DNA of 64,000 nt from positions 16,182,001 to 16,246,000 of the forward strand of contig JBHGNT010000013.1 of the NCBI GenBank assembly GCA_043228905.1. Reading direction: 5' to 3'. The translations under genes and the position numbers were made by a program. The stretch comes from Azolla caroliniana (taxonomy: Eukaryota; Plantae; Polypodiophyta). Below, piece after piece: positions 24,930 to 43,134 of the stretch. Under the pieces are notes generated by a model, which was not told where the DNA came from, did no database searches, and worked only from the letters and a program-made list of their open reading frames with translations. Every line of letters begins with the position of its first letter. Position 1 is the stretch's first letter.

Positions 24930-26944
24930 TGCTTATTTGCGGAACAGAGATTGCCTACTTGATTGACAGTTCTCTGTTTAATAATACACGGGTTCCAACT
25001 TTTTCTGCAATAACTATAATATTCAAAATGTGGGCGTCCAGAGTGTTCAATACTATGTGGGAAACATAACAATTTCGCTAATCATCAACGGGGTATACGG
25101 CTACTTCTCAGGTTGGGTGCAAATTTTTAATAAGACTTTTATGGTTGGATTGGAACGGTTGTTATTGTGAAGGAATTTCTGACAGAATATGAAATGCTCC
25201 TAAACATTCCCAACTCTGAGAGGAGTCATCTTTTTATAAGAGTACTATTCCTATTGAATTTGACTTCCCAAAATTGGTTATATTTTAAACACCTTATTAG
25301 TGAAAGAGCATTTCAATTCTAAAAAGGCCCATTTTTTATATTGGTGAATTTGATTGAATTAAAGCTCTTTGAAATCTTGATGCTTTAGGTGTGTTGCTAA
25401 TAAATGGAACAAGCCAAATAGTTAGTTTGGATAAGATGTTGATATAAGTGGAAATTGTTTTCTGACAATCCAATGTGCTATTTCAGAAGCAATCGATTAA
25501 CAAGGTTGCATAGTTTTCATCTTGATAACTACATAAAGTACATCTTATTGGATGATTGATGATGATACACTCTTATGGGATATGCCTTAAAAGTAATGCT
25601 TCCAAGAAATTATTTGCATCCACTCCCTAGTTTCTCTTAGGAATCAGTAAGTGGTACAACGCTGTTAGATGACATTTGGTTCATTATCTTCTTCATACAT
25701 AGAGGTAGGCAATTTTAGGCACTACAATCCTACCTTAACTGGGCCTCTTCATGCTTGGTTATTATTAATGTGAGAAATCGATAGGACAAAGTGTTTGTGG
25801 CTCCTAAACTAGATTGAATTGAATAGTTTCTAATTGCTAGTTTCTTTGTTGCATTGTTTTGCTCCTTGAGGTTATTGCCTATATGATTGTTAAAAAGTGG
25901 CAAATTTGTGTTATGATTCCTCATATTACATCTTGTATCCTCCTTGATGTATGGGTTATTCTTGTCTCATTTTAATTTGTTGAATTTTAGCCTTAAGAAC
26001 ATGAATTCTACATTGATTATACATTATGTAAGAGAAAAAAATGGTAGAAAATGGAAAAATGGAAAAAAATACCTAGGTATCCATTATGTAAGAGAAATAT
26101 AAAAAAGTGATCGTTGTATAAGAGAAATAGCATTGCATAAAGCCAATAAAGAGAAAGAGTAGTTTATCATTGAAATACAGCCATTGAACTATTTCTAATG
26201 ATGGGCGACACGTTCGACTAACACTCATGAGCACCATGTCAAGTAAAATAATATTAATTGAAAATAGGTAAAGTTGAATATTTGTGTATAACGGGGATGT
26301 GCAGAAGGAGTTTGAACCATACTTGATTATTTTTCTTGAGCTTCTTGAGACTTCTTTTTTTATACGGCTTGTATGGCTTACAGTGTTCCAAGTGCAAGCA
26401 ATGAGGATAGGAGGTACACATGCGTTGAAGGTTAGGCGAGTGAGGTTTAGGATACATGGGAAGTAGGGATGGATGGTTTGCATAGAATGGCGGTTGAGTG
26501 GTCTAGGAATTGACAAAGATTCGGTTTGGGCATAACCGATTTAGAAGATTTCAAATTTGAACCAAATAGAACCCTAAACAGGTTTAAGCTTGAAATCAAC
26601 ATCTCTAAAAATGCAAGAATAAAAAAAAGATTAAATTTGTAAATGGTTAAGTTGGTTTGAGCTGGGCTCAAGCCAGAACAGAACCGAGCTCAAAGTGGTT
26701 AAGAAAACTCAGGCCGAGCTGAACTGCCAAACCATTTAAGTACGGCTAAACGGCTCGGTTCGGGGACGCCTCTGTGGCGTACTGTTGGCCACTGTTTTTG
26801 ATTGAGAGAGAGTTCGTTGGCTTATTGTTATTAGCCTATCTCTTTAACTTGAAAAATGAGAGGCCTTTGATTTCATCGATTGATTGGCATGCCCGTGTAA
26901 GCTGCTCTTCTCTAAAGCCAGAGTTTGATCTGATCAGATCAGAT

Positions 26945-29900
26945 ATGGGCTCTACAGTATTGCCTTCCTATGCTTTCACTTCGCTTCATGAACCCCGACT
27001 CAGCACCAGGTTTTGTTCAGCTGCCTTAAGGAGGAGATCTTCTTCTTCTCTTTCTGTTTGCTGCTCATTCCAACCGCCACAACAGGAAGAAGAGGAGGAT
27101 GGATCCTCAGCTCTGCTTTCCTCAACAAGGAAAGCTGTTGCTGTCATTGGTGCAGGTTGGGCTGGCCTTGGAGCGGCCCATCATCTTTCCAAACAGGTTT
27201 CTCTCTCTCTCTCTCTCTCTCCCTCTATGTATATATATATATATCTCCCCAAATGCCACTAATTTTTTGTTATTTCTCCAAGTAATCTTTGTATACTTAA
27301 TGACGATACCTTGTTATAACTCAATGACGGTATTGGATTTGGATTTGTTATAACTCAATGCCATAGGCATTATCCCTGTTGCACATAAAGCTTATGTGCA
27401 TATTGGTCCATCTCTTATCATATTGGTGAATTCACCCCATTATATCTTCGTTTTTTCTACCTTGAGTTGTATCTTTGGTAACTTGGTTATAGTTTAAACA
27501 TTTGAATTTTCTCTCATTTGATAATATTGCCTTTCTTTCTCCTTACCATTTTTCAATATTGATACAATGTTAGGGATTTTTCATTTTTAACTTTTGCAAG
27601 CTTGAACATTTATGATGAACCTCGCATTCTTCATCAAACCAAGAATATGGGAAACTAAGCATTCAATGGCCACCAATACTTGCAGTGAATTATCGATACT
27701 CTAACTTGAGAATGACATCCTTGAATTGTTTCCAATTTAGTTTCACACCTTTAGTAAGGGAGAGATTCATGAAATAATTCTCACCTCATTAGAAAGATAA
27801 ATGTCTATTAGACGCCAAAATGTCAGTAATGTGGAGATCTGGAAGTCATTGGTAATGTATGATTGCTGTTGCATCCCTTGTGCTTATATGAGGTTGGCTC
27901 TCTATGTTTTTGAAGCTCGAGCAAGATTTGACCAAAGGGACGTTCGTCAGCCCTCTCCATCATTTTTTGAATGATGGCGGACTCTGCATCAATGCAAAAT
28001 GCTCCTCACTTACAATCTTGCCTTCACATAATTTTCAAATCTTCCAACTTTAGATAAGTGAAGTGCTCAAGTTTCTAGTTGATGGGAGGAAACTCTGAGT
28101 TGGCATGTATATGTCCATGTAGCTCACTCTCTGTGTGAATTCATCCTATAAGTTCATAAAGTGATATTGGTAGTAGGTCATCTTTGATAGACATCCATGT
28201 ACCTTGGTCTTCATATGAATCCATCCCCTCAGAAGTTCATAAATTGATCTCAGTAATCGTCAGATTTAGGGGAAGAAACCCCCCTGGTGTGGTCCAAGTT
28301 TTTTGAGTCTAGAGCTGTCATGGACCTTGCGACAACACCTTGTTTTGCTTGTCATTTTGGAGAGGTGTACAATATTGTAACGATGGCAGTTGTTGACGTT
28401 GAGGCCATTGTTGTTGAACCACTTGACACCTCTGAGTACCGTGATCCTTTGTTTTCTTTGATGCTTGAGAAGCCTTGCCTGTTATTCTATGAGATGACAC
28501 GATTAAAATCTGGTTGATGAGATTGATTGTCTGGAATTATGCCTCTACCATCAGCAAGCATGATTTCATGTGCGGTGATGCTTTGCTACTTATCATTCGT
28601 GACAGCATCATGATTTGTGGATTCTCTATCTGTGTCCACGTTGACATTGGTGGGCATTGGCATTGACATTCTATCATGTGTAGAGCTGCATACCCTCAAG
28701 TCAGTTTACCCTTGGCAACTTGGGTCATAGTGAAATACCCAATTGTGCTCCTAAAATGTGACTTTTAAATGTTACTTCAACTTGCCATTCTGGTAAGGTG
28801 AATATAACTTTTCTGCAAATTGATGCGGATGTGTGGAAGATCATGGCTTTAGTCTTTACTAGATTTATCATGAATCCTTTTTGTGGAAAAAACGATCTAG
28901 GGAATCAAAATAATATTGTAGAGCTGCATGTGATTCAAGAACCAAGATTATGCCATCAGCATAAAGAAGAATGTGGACATGTGTACCTAATATGTCAAAT
29001 CTCTTGCTGCCTCCACTTGTGATGTAGTCTGCTACCTTGTTGATGTACCATCCAAAGAGGGTAGGAGACATCCTTGCTCGTGCAAGAAAGAGAAAGGGAG
29101 AGTGTCAGCCATATTATATATTTGATGTAATATCTAGGCAATTTATATGCTCTAGTAATATTCCTGGGGCTGTCTTGGTTCTAGTTTCGTTTTATTTCTC
29201 GATCTCATCTCTTCCTGAGTATTACATCTGTTGGGTTGATGACAGGGTTTTGATGTAACACTCATTGAAGCTGGTGCTCAACCAGGAGGACTTGTGGCTG
29301 GATGGAAAACAGCTACAGGTCAATCTGTGGAAGTTGGCATTCATGGTATATCTAGTGATGGTGAATGTGAGAAATGTGACAAATATACATTACAAAAGTT
29401 CTCATTTACTTTTTTCCTTGTCAGTGCATATTGATATTCTTTAAATGCAATATTATTACTCTCATCAGTTCTCATTCCATAACACAAGCTTGTTGTATTT
29501 GTTAATGAACTTGCTAGCTCAGTCATCAATGCTTGATCATTTATGCGATCTTTGGTATGCCAGGATTTTGGTACCCCTACCGAAATATCTTTTCATTGGT
29601 AGATGAGCTCAACATCCAACCTTTTACACACTGGACTCAATCTTCCCAGTATTCACCAAACGGTTTAGAGGTATGTGGTTGATGATGGGATATGAGTGAA
29701 TCTTTGACCATCTGTATTCATACAGAGTATTTTATTTTGCATCAACAGGTGGAATCTCCAATTTTTCAGATTCAACCACGATTACCTACTCCTCTTGGAA
29801 CTTTTGTCTATACTGAGGTTTGTTTTGCAATGCAGACATCTATACTCATATGAAAGTTGAACATATTTACTCTCTATTAAGTATTATGAGTGTGACATGG

Positions 29901-32703
29901 GAATGATCTGATTCACCAGTTCAAAAGACTATCTCTACTGGATCGTCTGACAGCCCTTCCACTGATGTATGCAGGTGTGGACCCGATTGTGCATAGTAAT
30001 TATAATTATCTTAGATGACTGTAAATGTAAATTCTGAAGAATGGGACATTTCTTCTGTTACAGTAATTGACTTTGACAATAGTGATGCTGCATGGAGGAG
30101 CTACGACAAAAGTGAGCAAACACAGACATATTTGCTTGTTATTTTGACCATGTCCACATCTTAAATTTTTGTATATTGTTTTAGGAACTGCACGGGAGCT
30201 ATTCAAGGAATATGGCTGCTCAGAGAGGGTCTACAATGATGCTTTCAACCCCATGCTACTGGTTGGCCTCTTTGCCCCAGGAGAGCAATGTAGTGCTGCA
30301 GCAGCACTCGGCATGCTTTACTACTTCATTCTTGCTCACCAGGTAGTAATTCATGTGGGCCCATTATAAAACATGGAAAGGAATTTATATGTTTATATTT
30401 TCAATCAATTGTAATTGTCTTTGCATGTTACCTTTGGTCCATCTGGATGGTGAAATTAGTCACACACTTTCACATTCCAATGTTTTCTGCCACCTGCTCA
30501 TGATTATACTGTTCCAAACCTCTTGACCCTCAACTTAGGCAAAAGTTAAAAAGTTATTATTGGGTTTGTGGTTCTCTTGATCTACAACTTTATACATACA
30601 TTACGGCCTCTCCAATTGTTTACAGTCATTCTAAAAATAATATCAGGACATAGGTAATATGATTGGCTTGGGGTATTGTTAACAAAACTAGAGCATAAGG
30701 CTAAAGCCGTCAGACCAGCAAATCATTTCTTTCATGAAAATACGGCATAAATTATGCATGTATCAATTAATATTGGAGTTTGCATACAATTAGGATGTAT
30801 ACGTGCTTCTTAGATTTGTCATTATAACTTTGTATATGTGGCTTTGCAGCAAGATTTTGATGTAGTTTGGTGTAAAGGAACTGTGGGGGAACAGATATTC
30901 AAGCCTTGGGTTGATTCAATAACACAACGGGGTTGCCGTTTCCTATCTAACACAAGAGTTACAGACCTACTTGTAGATGAGTTGAGTGGTTCAATCAAAG
31001 GAGTGATTTGTGGAGCTGTGACAGTGCGTGCTGATGCTGTAATCTTTTCTGTAGGAATATCAGGATTGCAAAGAATTGTGGCAAACAGGTACCATTCCTG
31101 TTTTTCTGATTTGGAAGCATTGACATGAAATACGTGGCTCAACAAATCATATAAATGTCCTGTTGCAAATGGATCAGTTCTATACTCAAAACAAGGAAAG
31201 AGTTTTTAAATGTCGCAAATCTTGGTGCCATTGATGTTCTTGCAGTACGACTCTGGCTTGACCGCAAGGTAAGTATCCTTCTTTATAACATACAATGGTT
31301 TCACGCTTTTATTTGGGGATCTAGATAGATAGTGATTGTATACTCAATGAAAGTGTTATTAAAAGGCCATAAATTTTGGTGCTTGGATAGAAATTTTATG
31401 ATGGAAATTTTAGTGTGCACCTCAACATTAGTATTGCATGCTGTACCTCTTTCTCAATATTGAACGGAAGCATCTGAAACAGGTGACAATTCCAAAACCT
31501 AGCAATGCTTGCTTTGGCTTTGATGACAGTACTGGATGGACCTTTTTTGATCTAAATGCTTTGCATGATGAATATAAAGATGCTGTTGGCACAGTTGTTG
31601 AGGCTGACTTTGTAAGTACGACACAGTATATGTTTTAAAATCACTACCGTCCTTTAGTTCTCAACTTATGACATTCTATGTTTGTTAAATAGTATCATGC
31701 AAACCAGTTCCTGCCGCTGCCCGATGAGCTCATTGTGAAGAAGGTGAAAGAATATCTGACTACTTGTATTGCAGAATTTGGAGACACCAAGGTTATTGAC
31801 TATGCTGTTGTAAGGTTTCCAAGAGCAGTCAGTCACTTTTCACCAGGTCAGGTTTCCCATTAATCAATTCTTTAATAAAAAATGACACTTTCCTGTTCAA
31901 TTTCCTACAAAATTCTGAAGAAGCCCAACCTACATTCAAGTCTCAGACCTACCTAGAGTTTAGAGGATCAATGGTAATATGCTCCAGATTCCAAATGAAA
32001 CTCTTTGATAGTAGACGCCTCATGAAACCTAGATAGGAATTGCATTTGCCAACACAAAATAGCCATATTCACCTACGTGCATACATATATATTTGTTATT
32101 TCTGTCCATGACACAAGACCCACCAAAATACTCAAGTATAGGATACCCAAAGAGATGCGTTTGTTACAAAGAAAGCATTGTAAGTGATGTAATTATTTAT
32201 TTTGAAGCAGGTTCTTATCCCAATCTTATGCGCCAAACTACAAGCTTCCCGAATATTTTCATGTCGGGAGACTGGATTGTTAACCGGCATGGTTCATGGT
32301 CTCAGGTCATTGCACTCATAAATACTTGAATGCATCTCTGCTTCAATGTGGCAAATTGATGTCAAAGCATGTAACTCGTATAAAAGTATTTATCATGGAA
32401 TAACGTAGTAACTTGTGCAAAAGTATGTGTCAAATAATAACATAGCAACTTGTGCAAAAGTATGTGTCATATAATGACTTAGTAACTCATGCAAAAGTAT
32501 GTGTTATCTGATTACAACAGGAAAAGGCATATGTTACTGGCCTTGAAGCTGCCAATTATGTAATCGATTATTTCGGAGAAGGTGAGCTAGCCAAGATCAT
32601 CCCCGTGGAAGAAGATGAAGTTCATGTGAGAGAACTTCGTCGACTCAATTCAGTTTTAAAGGAGTTGCAAAGTCGCCTCCCATTTAGTGGTTTCTTCATG
32701 TGA
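26945..32703 (+). CDS. Plastid-targeted FAD-dependent oxidoreductase (amine oxidase / carotene desaturase-like superfamily), 13 exons
   Basis: Exons 26945-27196, 29246-29345, 29564-29670, 29749-29817, 29920-29974, 30064-30111, 30185-30342, 30850-31088, 31178-31268, 31483-31611, 31693-31846, 32211-32305 and 32521-32703 join in frame. Ser/Arg-rich N-terminus (transit-peptide-like); Rossmann motif VIGAGWAGLGAA; EAG...GG; GIHGFWYPY; C-terminal GDW...QEKAYVTGLEAAN. Confidence 0.88.
28720..29075 (-). mobile_element. RTE-like LINE RT fragment in intron 1 of the oxidoreductase gene
   Basis: ORF 28868-29071 reads SPTLFGWYIN...ILLYADGIILV (RT motifs 4-5, YADD degraded). Confidence 0.7.
32370..32510. 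repeat. ~37-bp minisatellite (about 4 copies) in the last intron of the oxidoreductase gene
   Basis: Unit TAGTAACTTGTGCAAAAGTATGTGTCA.ATAA is repeated with divergence. Confidence 0.8.
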
Positions 32704-33958
32704 TCATTAGTCTAGCACACCTCGTCTTGTAAACTTATGATGTAACCAACCTTGTGAAAACTTAGTACCCCATCATATTCTATAAAGACTCAAATATTGA
32801 TCTCGATTCATCTAGGCATTTAAAAATGTCTTATCCCAATAAGATTGTCTATATTTACACCTTCATCAAGTCTATGTTTCATAGCCTTATTCCCTCCCTC
32901 TGTATTTATCAATGTGTACCAATTTTATTTATTTATACACCTCCCCTATTTCTGATTACTGGTCTATTTTTAAGGACCCTACACATTGAGATACTCATTC
33001 TCATAAAATATATTCTATGAAGTTGCATTTCATACTCTCAGAATGTAACATGTGATGTTTTCTTGACATATATAACTCCGGAAGATCATCTCACAACCGC
33101 TTTGTTGTCTTTCAAGGTCAAAGTGTTAATATTACTCATGTAGATACTCTTAATATTTTTACTCGACACTTTGATAACAAATTTGGATTGTTACTCTCTC
33201 TAGACTAAAGCAAAATTGTCAATTTGCATTAGATGGAAACTGGTTTCCATGCTATAGAAAACATACATGGTAGTGCCTATTTTTCAGCAAATTTGGAAAC
33301 AAAACCAAGTATCCAATCTAAAGAGGGGTTGACCTAGGCTTTGCAAAGCTGCAAGAATTTTGTAAAATGTGCATATTGACTATGTGTGTTCAAGGAACAT
33401 GACACCGTTTACACAAATGGTTATTTATTGGGTCATGCATTAGGCTTAAGTTATCACATGCTTGGATTAACATCTAGCTCATAGGCCCATTAGCATATTA
33501 AAAAGGGTTTGAATATTTCAACCTATAACTTGAGGTCTTCTTGGTGAGTAGCACTTTTTGTTTTTTGTGTGCACTTATAATAATGACTGCATGTGCATTG
33601 AGATAAATCATATGCTAGTCTCAATAGGATACAACATGCACATTAGGGTTTCAAAGACATACTTCTTTTATCAAGCCTCAAACGGCAAAATATTATAGAA
33701 ACTAAAACAACACGACACTACGTGCTAAAGCACAATATAAAAGCATTGTCTTTATACATAATTTGGGAAACTTTAGACGTCCTCACAAATTATTGCTCAA
33801 ATTATTGAAATTCTAAGATGCAAACAAATAAGATGTTGTTGTGGCGAAACTTGTTTCTGATATTAAGGTCAGTGGATCCAAGTCGTAAACCATGGGAATG
33901 ATGTTGTGTGAAATGTAAAAATAGGTTTTATAATATTAGTTTTCAATCATGCACTATT

Positions 33959-34083
33959 TTTTTTTTTCAAAATGAAGCTACTTTCCCATTAGTTAGGAAG
34001 GATTATTACATAGAGAGTCTACAAGGAGACTTATACACACATCGGGGAGTCTTCCTCCGATGAAGTAAAAGAAGATGAGCCTA
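33959..34083 (-). mobile_element. Short poly(A) retroposon (SINE or LINE 3' end) with 15-bp TSD
   Basis: Poly-T at the left end; flanked by CAATCATGCACTATT at 33944-33958 and 34084-34098. The same 3' end recurs at 63960-64000. Confidence 0.85.
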
Positions 34084-36949
34084 CAATCATGCACTATTAA
34101 TAGCGTGGGCTTGTGTTTACCGTGAAGTAACAAATATGAGAAGTGAAATCAACATTAATTGGTGTACATTTATTTTATCCAATTTTCGTATATGCTTAAC
34201 ATTGAGCTGCAAATATGAAAAGTGAAATTTGATATTCATTCGTGTAGTGTATCCACATTAGATAAGGTTTAAATTTTAATATAGTGATATGTATGGTTCA
34301 AGAGAATTTACATTTTGTTGTCTTTTGATGGAATGAACATTCAAAATAGGTTTCATTTTCGTCTATGAGGTATGATCAACAATTTCCTTCTTTTCATCTC
34401 TAATATTCAGCACCACTACTTTTTTACGAGTTTATCAAACTTGAGCTTGGCATCATTATTAAATATATATTTAGCCATTTTAAGATCTTCATCAAAGTGA
34501 ACCTTTGATCTTAATGGGCTCCAGATTGTGGACTAGATTACTTTGCGATACATGCATTGCATTTCCTTTTGTGAAAAAAACCAATATTCATAAACTACTC
34601 ATGGTGCAATAGGTACTAGAGCCCTTGTATTAGCATCATATTATCATCATAATTGCACAAGAATGATTTTGGGCTCCTTTATGCAGGGGTCCAAGTGGGT
34701 TTACACCAATCTTAAATTTAACTTTATTTGTATAACATCTTGCACCATCAAACTTCAAAGTTGAGCTTGACATAATGCACCTATAGTAGCACCATGTTGG
34801 GAACTTTATGGTCACTTCAATTGACTTCTAAATGTGATGGGCCATGTCTATTCTTCAAATTTTGTTATATTAAGTAACATTTTCTATCATGATTGTGACA
34901 AGGTATTGGATTGATGATATTTATTCCCTTTCAATATTGATTTGAGTTGGCTTTGTTGGTTTGTGATTAAATCAGAAATGGGAATACAAAACATAATTTT
35001 GTGTTACACAAAGCATTTGCTTTAGTAAAAACAATGCAAGAGATGGAAACATATATCAAGAGAATTCACATCTCTCTCTTTTTTCTTCCAAAAAACACTA
35101 CTTCAGATTTGTTAGCAAAAAGAATTCACATCATTTGGGTGTTACTCTTTAGAATGTGAATAGGTTGATCATGGATGGTCCATTGGTAATACACATGGTT
35201 TTCATTATGCGTTCGAGTAATTCTGTGCTCATCGGATGATGCAGTGATTATGAGTTTTTTGTTGATTTCTTTATACATGTTAAGTTCTTTGTAGCCATGC
35301 AAGTTGGCCTGTAAGATATGAGTTGTATATTATCCTATGTACATTGACTTAACTAATGGAATTAGTAATTTTTTTGAAAATAATAATAATAATAAAATAC
35401 ACATGGTTTTCATTAATTCCTCATCTAATAATAGTATCATACTAGAGAGTTTAGAACACCATGCATTGTGTTTTTACTAAGAAATGCGACATCCTCTTAA
35501 ATAGTTCAGGTAATGCATAAACCATCAATACACATGCTACATGATGCCAACATCTAAGCAATGTTGAATACAACATCACAATCCACACACAAGCTTACAT
35601 CTATGTCTCATCATGCTTTGTTAGTATTATTTAGCGAAACTCAACGAATATACCATTCATAAATCACCAAAAATTGTGAATAAACACCCTTAAGCAATCA
35701 AAGAAGGTTAACTAATGCGGTGACCGATTGGAAAGCAAATCTTCCACGAAGAACATAAAGTGCATGAATTTCTCGATTAACATATGATCAAGGGAGGTAT
35801 AATTATGTTGCCAAGGGTTGCCTCATGAAGTGAGATTCTCCTTCAAACAACTTCGGATTAACCCAAGCCCTTTTATAGAGGTGTGAATAATGGGTAGCTT
35901 TACCTACCATTTGGAACGTTAGGCTTACCCCAATTAAATTTCCTAGCCAAACATTAATAGAATTAATCTATAATAGAATGTAATGGATAAGAATAAGGTT
36001 GTAGGTTTAACTCACCTATCTAACCAAATCTGTAATGAAACTTATGTGCATTCCATACTACACATCCCTACCAGAATCCATGTGAAGAGAGAAGGTGTGT
36101 TTATGATAGAATGGTGAGGGTAGAGAATGAGAGGTGAGACAATTGAAATGAGATGAAGAGAGGATGATGAAAGATTATATTGATGCCAAGCATGGCTAAG
36201 GTGATGTTATGTCAAGTGAGTGTTAGCGTTCCAGGTGTAAATAGACATACGGTGGTGGTGGTAGGATGAAGGATGGTGAAAAGGAGGTGGTCGCCATTTT
36301 ACTTATCGGCATAGGCTTACAAACCTTCTTCTCTTATTGAAATGGAACCTCGATTCCAAAGTGATCATCATGGTATATTTTGTTGTCCACAGAGGTAATT
36401 TCATGTCCAACAATCCACAAATTTTGCTAATCCCCCCTTGCATGTGCCACAATACCAAACCGATGAAAAACCTCCATATAAAATCATTGAGGACCAATAC
36501 ATTAGGTCCAAATGAGTGTGATGCATCGTTTTCACATGATATTCATGAATCTTAACATAGAAAAGCTCGCGTCTATGCACCTTTTTCAATGGCACTAGGT
36601 TGTGTACATATGTTTGAAGTGAAAACTTAAAAGTATGAATTTCTTTTTCTTTCCCTTTCTTTGAATATTCTATATTATAGATGGTTCAATCATTTGTACC
36701 TTTGTCTCTCCTCCTCTACCCATGGAAATTGATGCGATGTGCGTTTTTGTCATTTATTGGTTTGTTAGTTCTTTCTCACTCTCTCATACACACATTGTCT
36801 CTTTTTGCAAGTTAGGAAATTCGAATTATAATAAATAGAATATGATATCCTAAGGTTCCCATGACATCCCTCATCTCTAGATACATTGTTATGGACCTAT
36901 TTGTACCACATGAGAAGCAAGATCAACCCAAATGATGATCATGATACCT

Positions 36950-37143
36950 TGCCTACCTACAATTCCCTAAATTCTTTTGTGCCAACCTCCTTGAAGTCTC
37001 TAACAAGGATAGTTGTCGTATTGTATTTGTTTTAATCGTTGACAATATCATGCCTACCTACAATTCCCTAAATTCTTTTGTGCCAACATCCTTGAAGTAT
37101 CTAACAATGAGAGTTGTCGTATTGTATGTCGTTTAATCGTTGA
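36950..37143. repeat. ~100-bp tandem duplication
   Basis: TGCCTACCTACAATTCCCTAAATTCTTTTGTGCCAAC... occurs at 36950 and 37051. Confidence 0.85.
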
Positions 37144-37236
37144 TTGTCTTTGAACCCCATATAGAACATAAAAAAACAAAGACGTTATGCATACACTGAT
37201 ATTGCAAAATCGCCAATAGCATAGATCTTGAAAGGC

Positions 37237-37392
37237 TAGCTCAAAACATGGAGAAGGCATTCTCTCTCTTGCTCTCTCTTTGAAACACACGATTATATTA
37301 ACAAATGTATGTAAAGCTCAAAACATGGAGAAGGCATTCTCTCTCTTGCTCTCTTTTCGAAACGCACGACTATATTAACAAATGTATGTAAA
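37237..37392. repeat. ~76-bp tandem duplication
   Basis: AGCTCAAAACATGGAGAAGGCATTCTCTCTCTTGCTCTC...TATATTAACAAATGTATGTAAA occurs twice. Confidence 0.85.
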
Positions 37393-38072
37393 ACATACTA
37401 AAATGCTACCACAATTGAATGGTGTCACCTATACACGGGGTGTGGGAAATGTTGAATCGACAATAGGCAACACGGAGACTCCATCAAGGAAAGAAATTTT
37501 CCATGCCTACCATTTCGAATACAAAGCAATCCCCATTATTGCAAGAAATAGGAAAAGGATCTCTATGTGTAATGTCTTGGTTGGCCAATGTAAATGATGT
37601 AAACACTCATTGTTTTGGCATCAAATTACAATGTGACAAAACTTGGCAAATGCGAGGAATATAACCCTACATGCGATGAGCAATTGGACATTGCATGAAA
37701 CGATGAGTGCTATCTTTCCGCTTGAACAATGCAAGAGAAACAATTGGTCGGTGCTAGTTCACGTCTCTTTAGAGGTAATCCCAAAGGCAAAACCACCCAA
37801 TTAATACTCTCTAAAATGAAGACCTTTACTAGAAATGTCTATAAACACCCCATTTTTGTTGTAAACCAACTGTCTCATGGACCAATTTTGGTCTTTGAAG
37901 ATGTTAATATATATATATATATATATATCTCATTTGTTGGAAGAACACAAATATATTGATAAATCTATGTGAAGAATAACACTACTTATAAATGGGTGTC
38001 ACAATGGAGTATGGCCACCCACTAACTACACTACACTACATGTGTAGTGGAACTTGTTGAATTACCAATAGC

Positions 38073-38104
<32 letters not shown>

Positions 38105-39216
38105 CTCTGTCTCTTTGTCTCTCTCTTGGTATTATATTAATTGTATATAAAATCCACTTAGTTACAACACTTTGTAATCTCCTCTACCTATCATATGTGT
38201 ATGTAGGGAGAGGGACGTTCTATAATGCTATTAAAAAAACCTGAATATGCATTTGAGGAAATGATCCCCACATGCTCTAACATCCAAAAATTCCACATGT
38301 GAATACCTTTCAGCGTCTTTATATAGGCGTTCACCCCATGTCTATTATCAAACATGAAAGCATTACCACACACACACACACACACTCTCTCTCTCTCTCT
38401 CTCGCCTTTCCATTTCATACTGTTTATTGATTCCATTGGGTGCTTTCATGGTACAAAACATATCATGCATTGCTCGATCTCGTGGGGGGCTCCGTATGCA
38501 CATCTGTTGAACGAAACCAGAAACCACGGCACCAGAGAGATCAAGCAAATGGGTTTTGGGGGGGGGGCTCTGGGAGTGTTGCTTGGTTGCTTGGTTGGGC
38601 ACACTGGGCACACGGAGTGGGCGAAGAAGACGAGGAGCGCGAAAAAGAATGGAATGAATGTAGTAATTAGGGAAGGAAAGAAGAAGAGAAGAGAAGAGAA
38701 AGACATGGTAGGGGCAGGACAGAATGGAGGAGAAAGAGATTTAGAGAAAGAGAATGAATGTGTGTGGGGGTTGGAAGATGCTCTTTCTCTGTCTCTGTTT
38801 CTGTCTCTGTCTCTGTCTCTGTTTGTCTGTTTGCCAGATGGACACCATGGAGGAGAAGGGGACCTCAATTTCTTTTTTATTTTTTACAAAAACAAAAAAA
38901 GAAAAAAGAAGAAAACAGAGCCCCCACACCTCCTTTATTAGAGGAATCCTCTGCTCCTCCTCCTGCTCCTCCTCCTCTTCTTCTTCTTCTTCCTGCTGAT
39001 CCTTCATTTCTTCCCTGTTTTGAGCTTTTCAGCCATCTCTGCTGCTTGTCTCTCTACTTCCCCTTTCCACAACACACACACACATATATATATATCCTTC
39101 CTTCATTTATTTGTGTGGGCTCTTTTCTTGATCAATTCCGTGTTTCAGAATTTGTGTGTTTCAGATTTTGTGTTTCTTCTTCTCCTCCTCCTCCTGACCA
39201 TATCAAATCCTCGGCC

Positions 39217-42956
<3,740 letters not shown>

Positions 42957-43134
42957 ATAAAGGGTCCTGGAAATACAAGTTAAAATCCTATTTCTCCTTG
43001 TAGTTTTGCTATAGTACATTTGCAGTATATATTCACATAATACTCTATGAAGAAAAGTTCATATTGCCATTCGAACTTCACATCAGGGTAGATAAGGAGA
43101 GCTTTGACATGATGCTATAGTCTAAAATTCCGTT

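Noticed and set aside
26480-26773. One end of a DNA transposon (AACCGA/GCCGAG repeats ending CGGTTCGGGGACGCCTCT) upstream of the oxidoreductase
   Set aside because: No partner TIR or TSD was found.
32370-32510. CRISPR-like array
   Set aside because: This is an intronic plant minisatellite with contiguous units, no unique spacers and no cas genes.
38354-39216. Long overlapping ORFs upstream of MIPS, including an N-terminal extension of MIPS
   Set aside because: They are produced by (CA)n, (CT)n, (GA)n and (CTT)n low-complexity sequence. The conserved MIPS start is MFIES at 39217.
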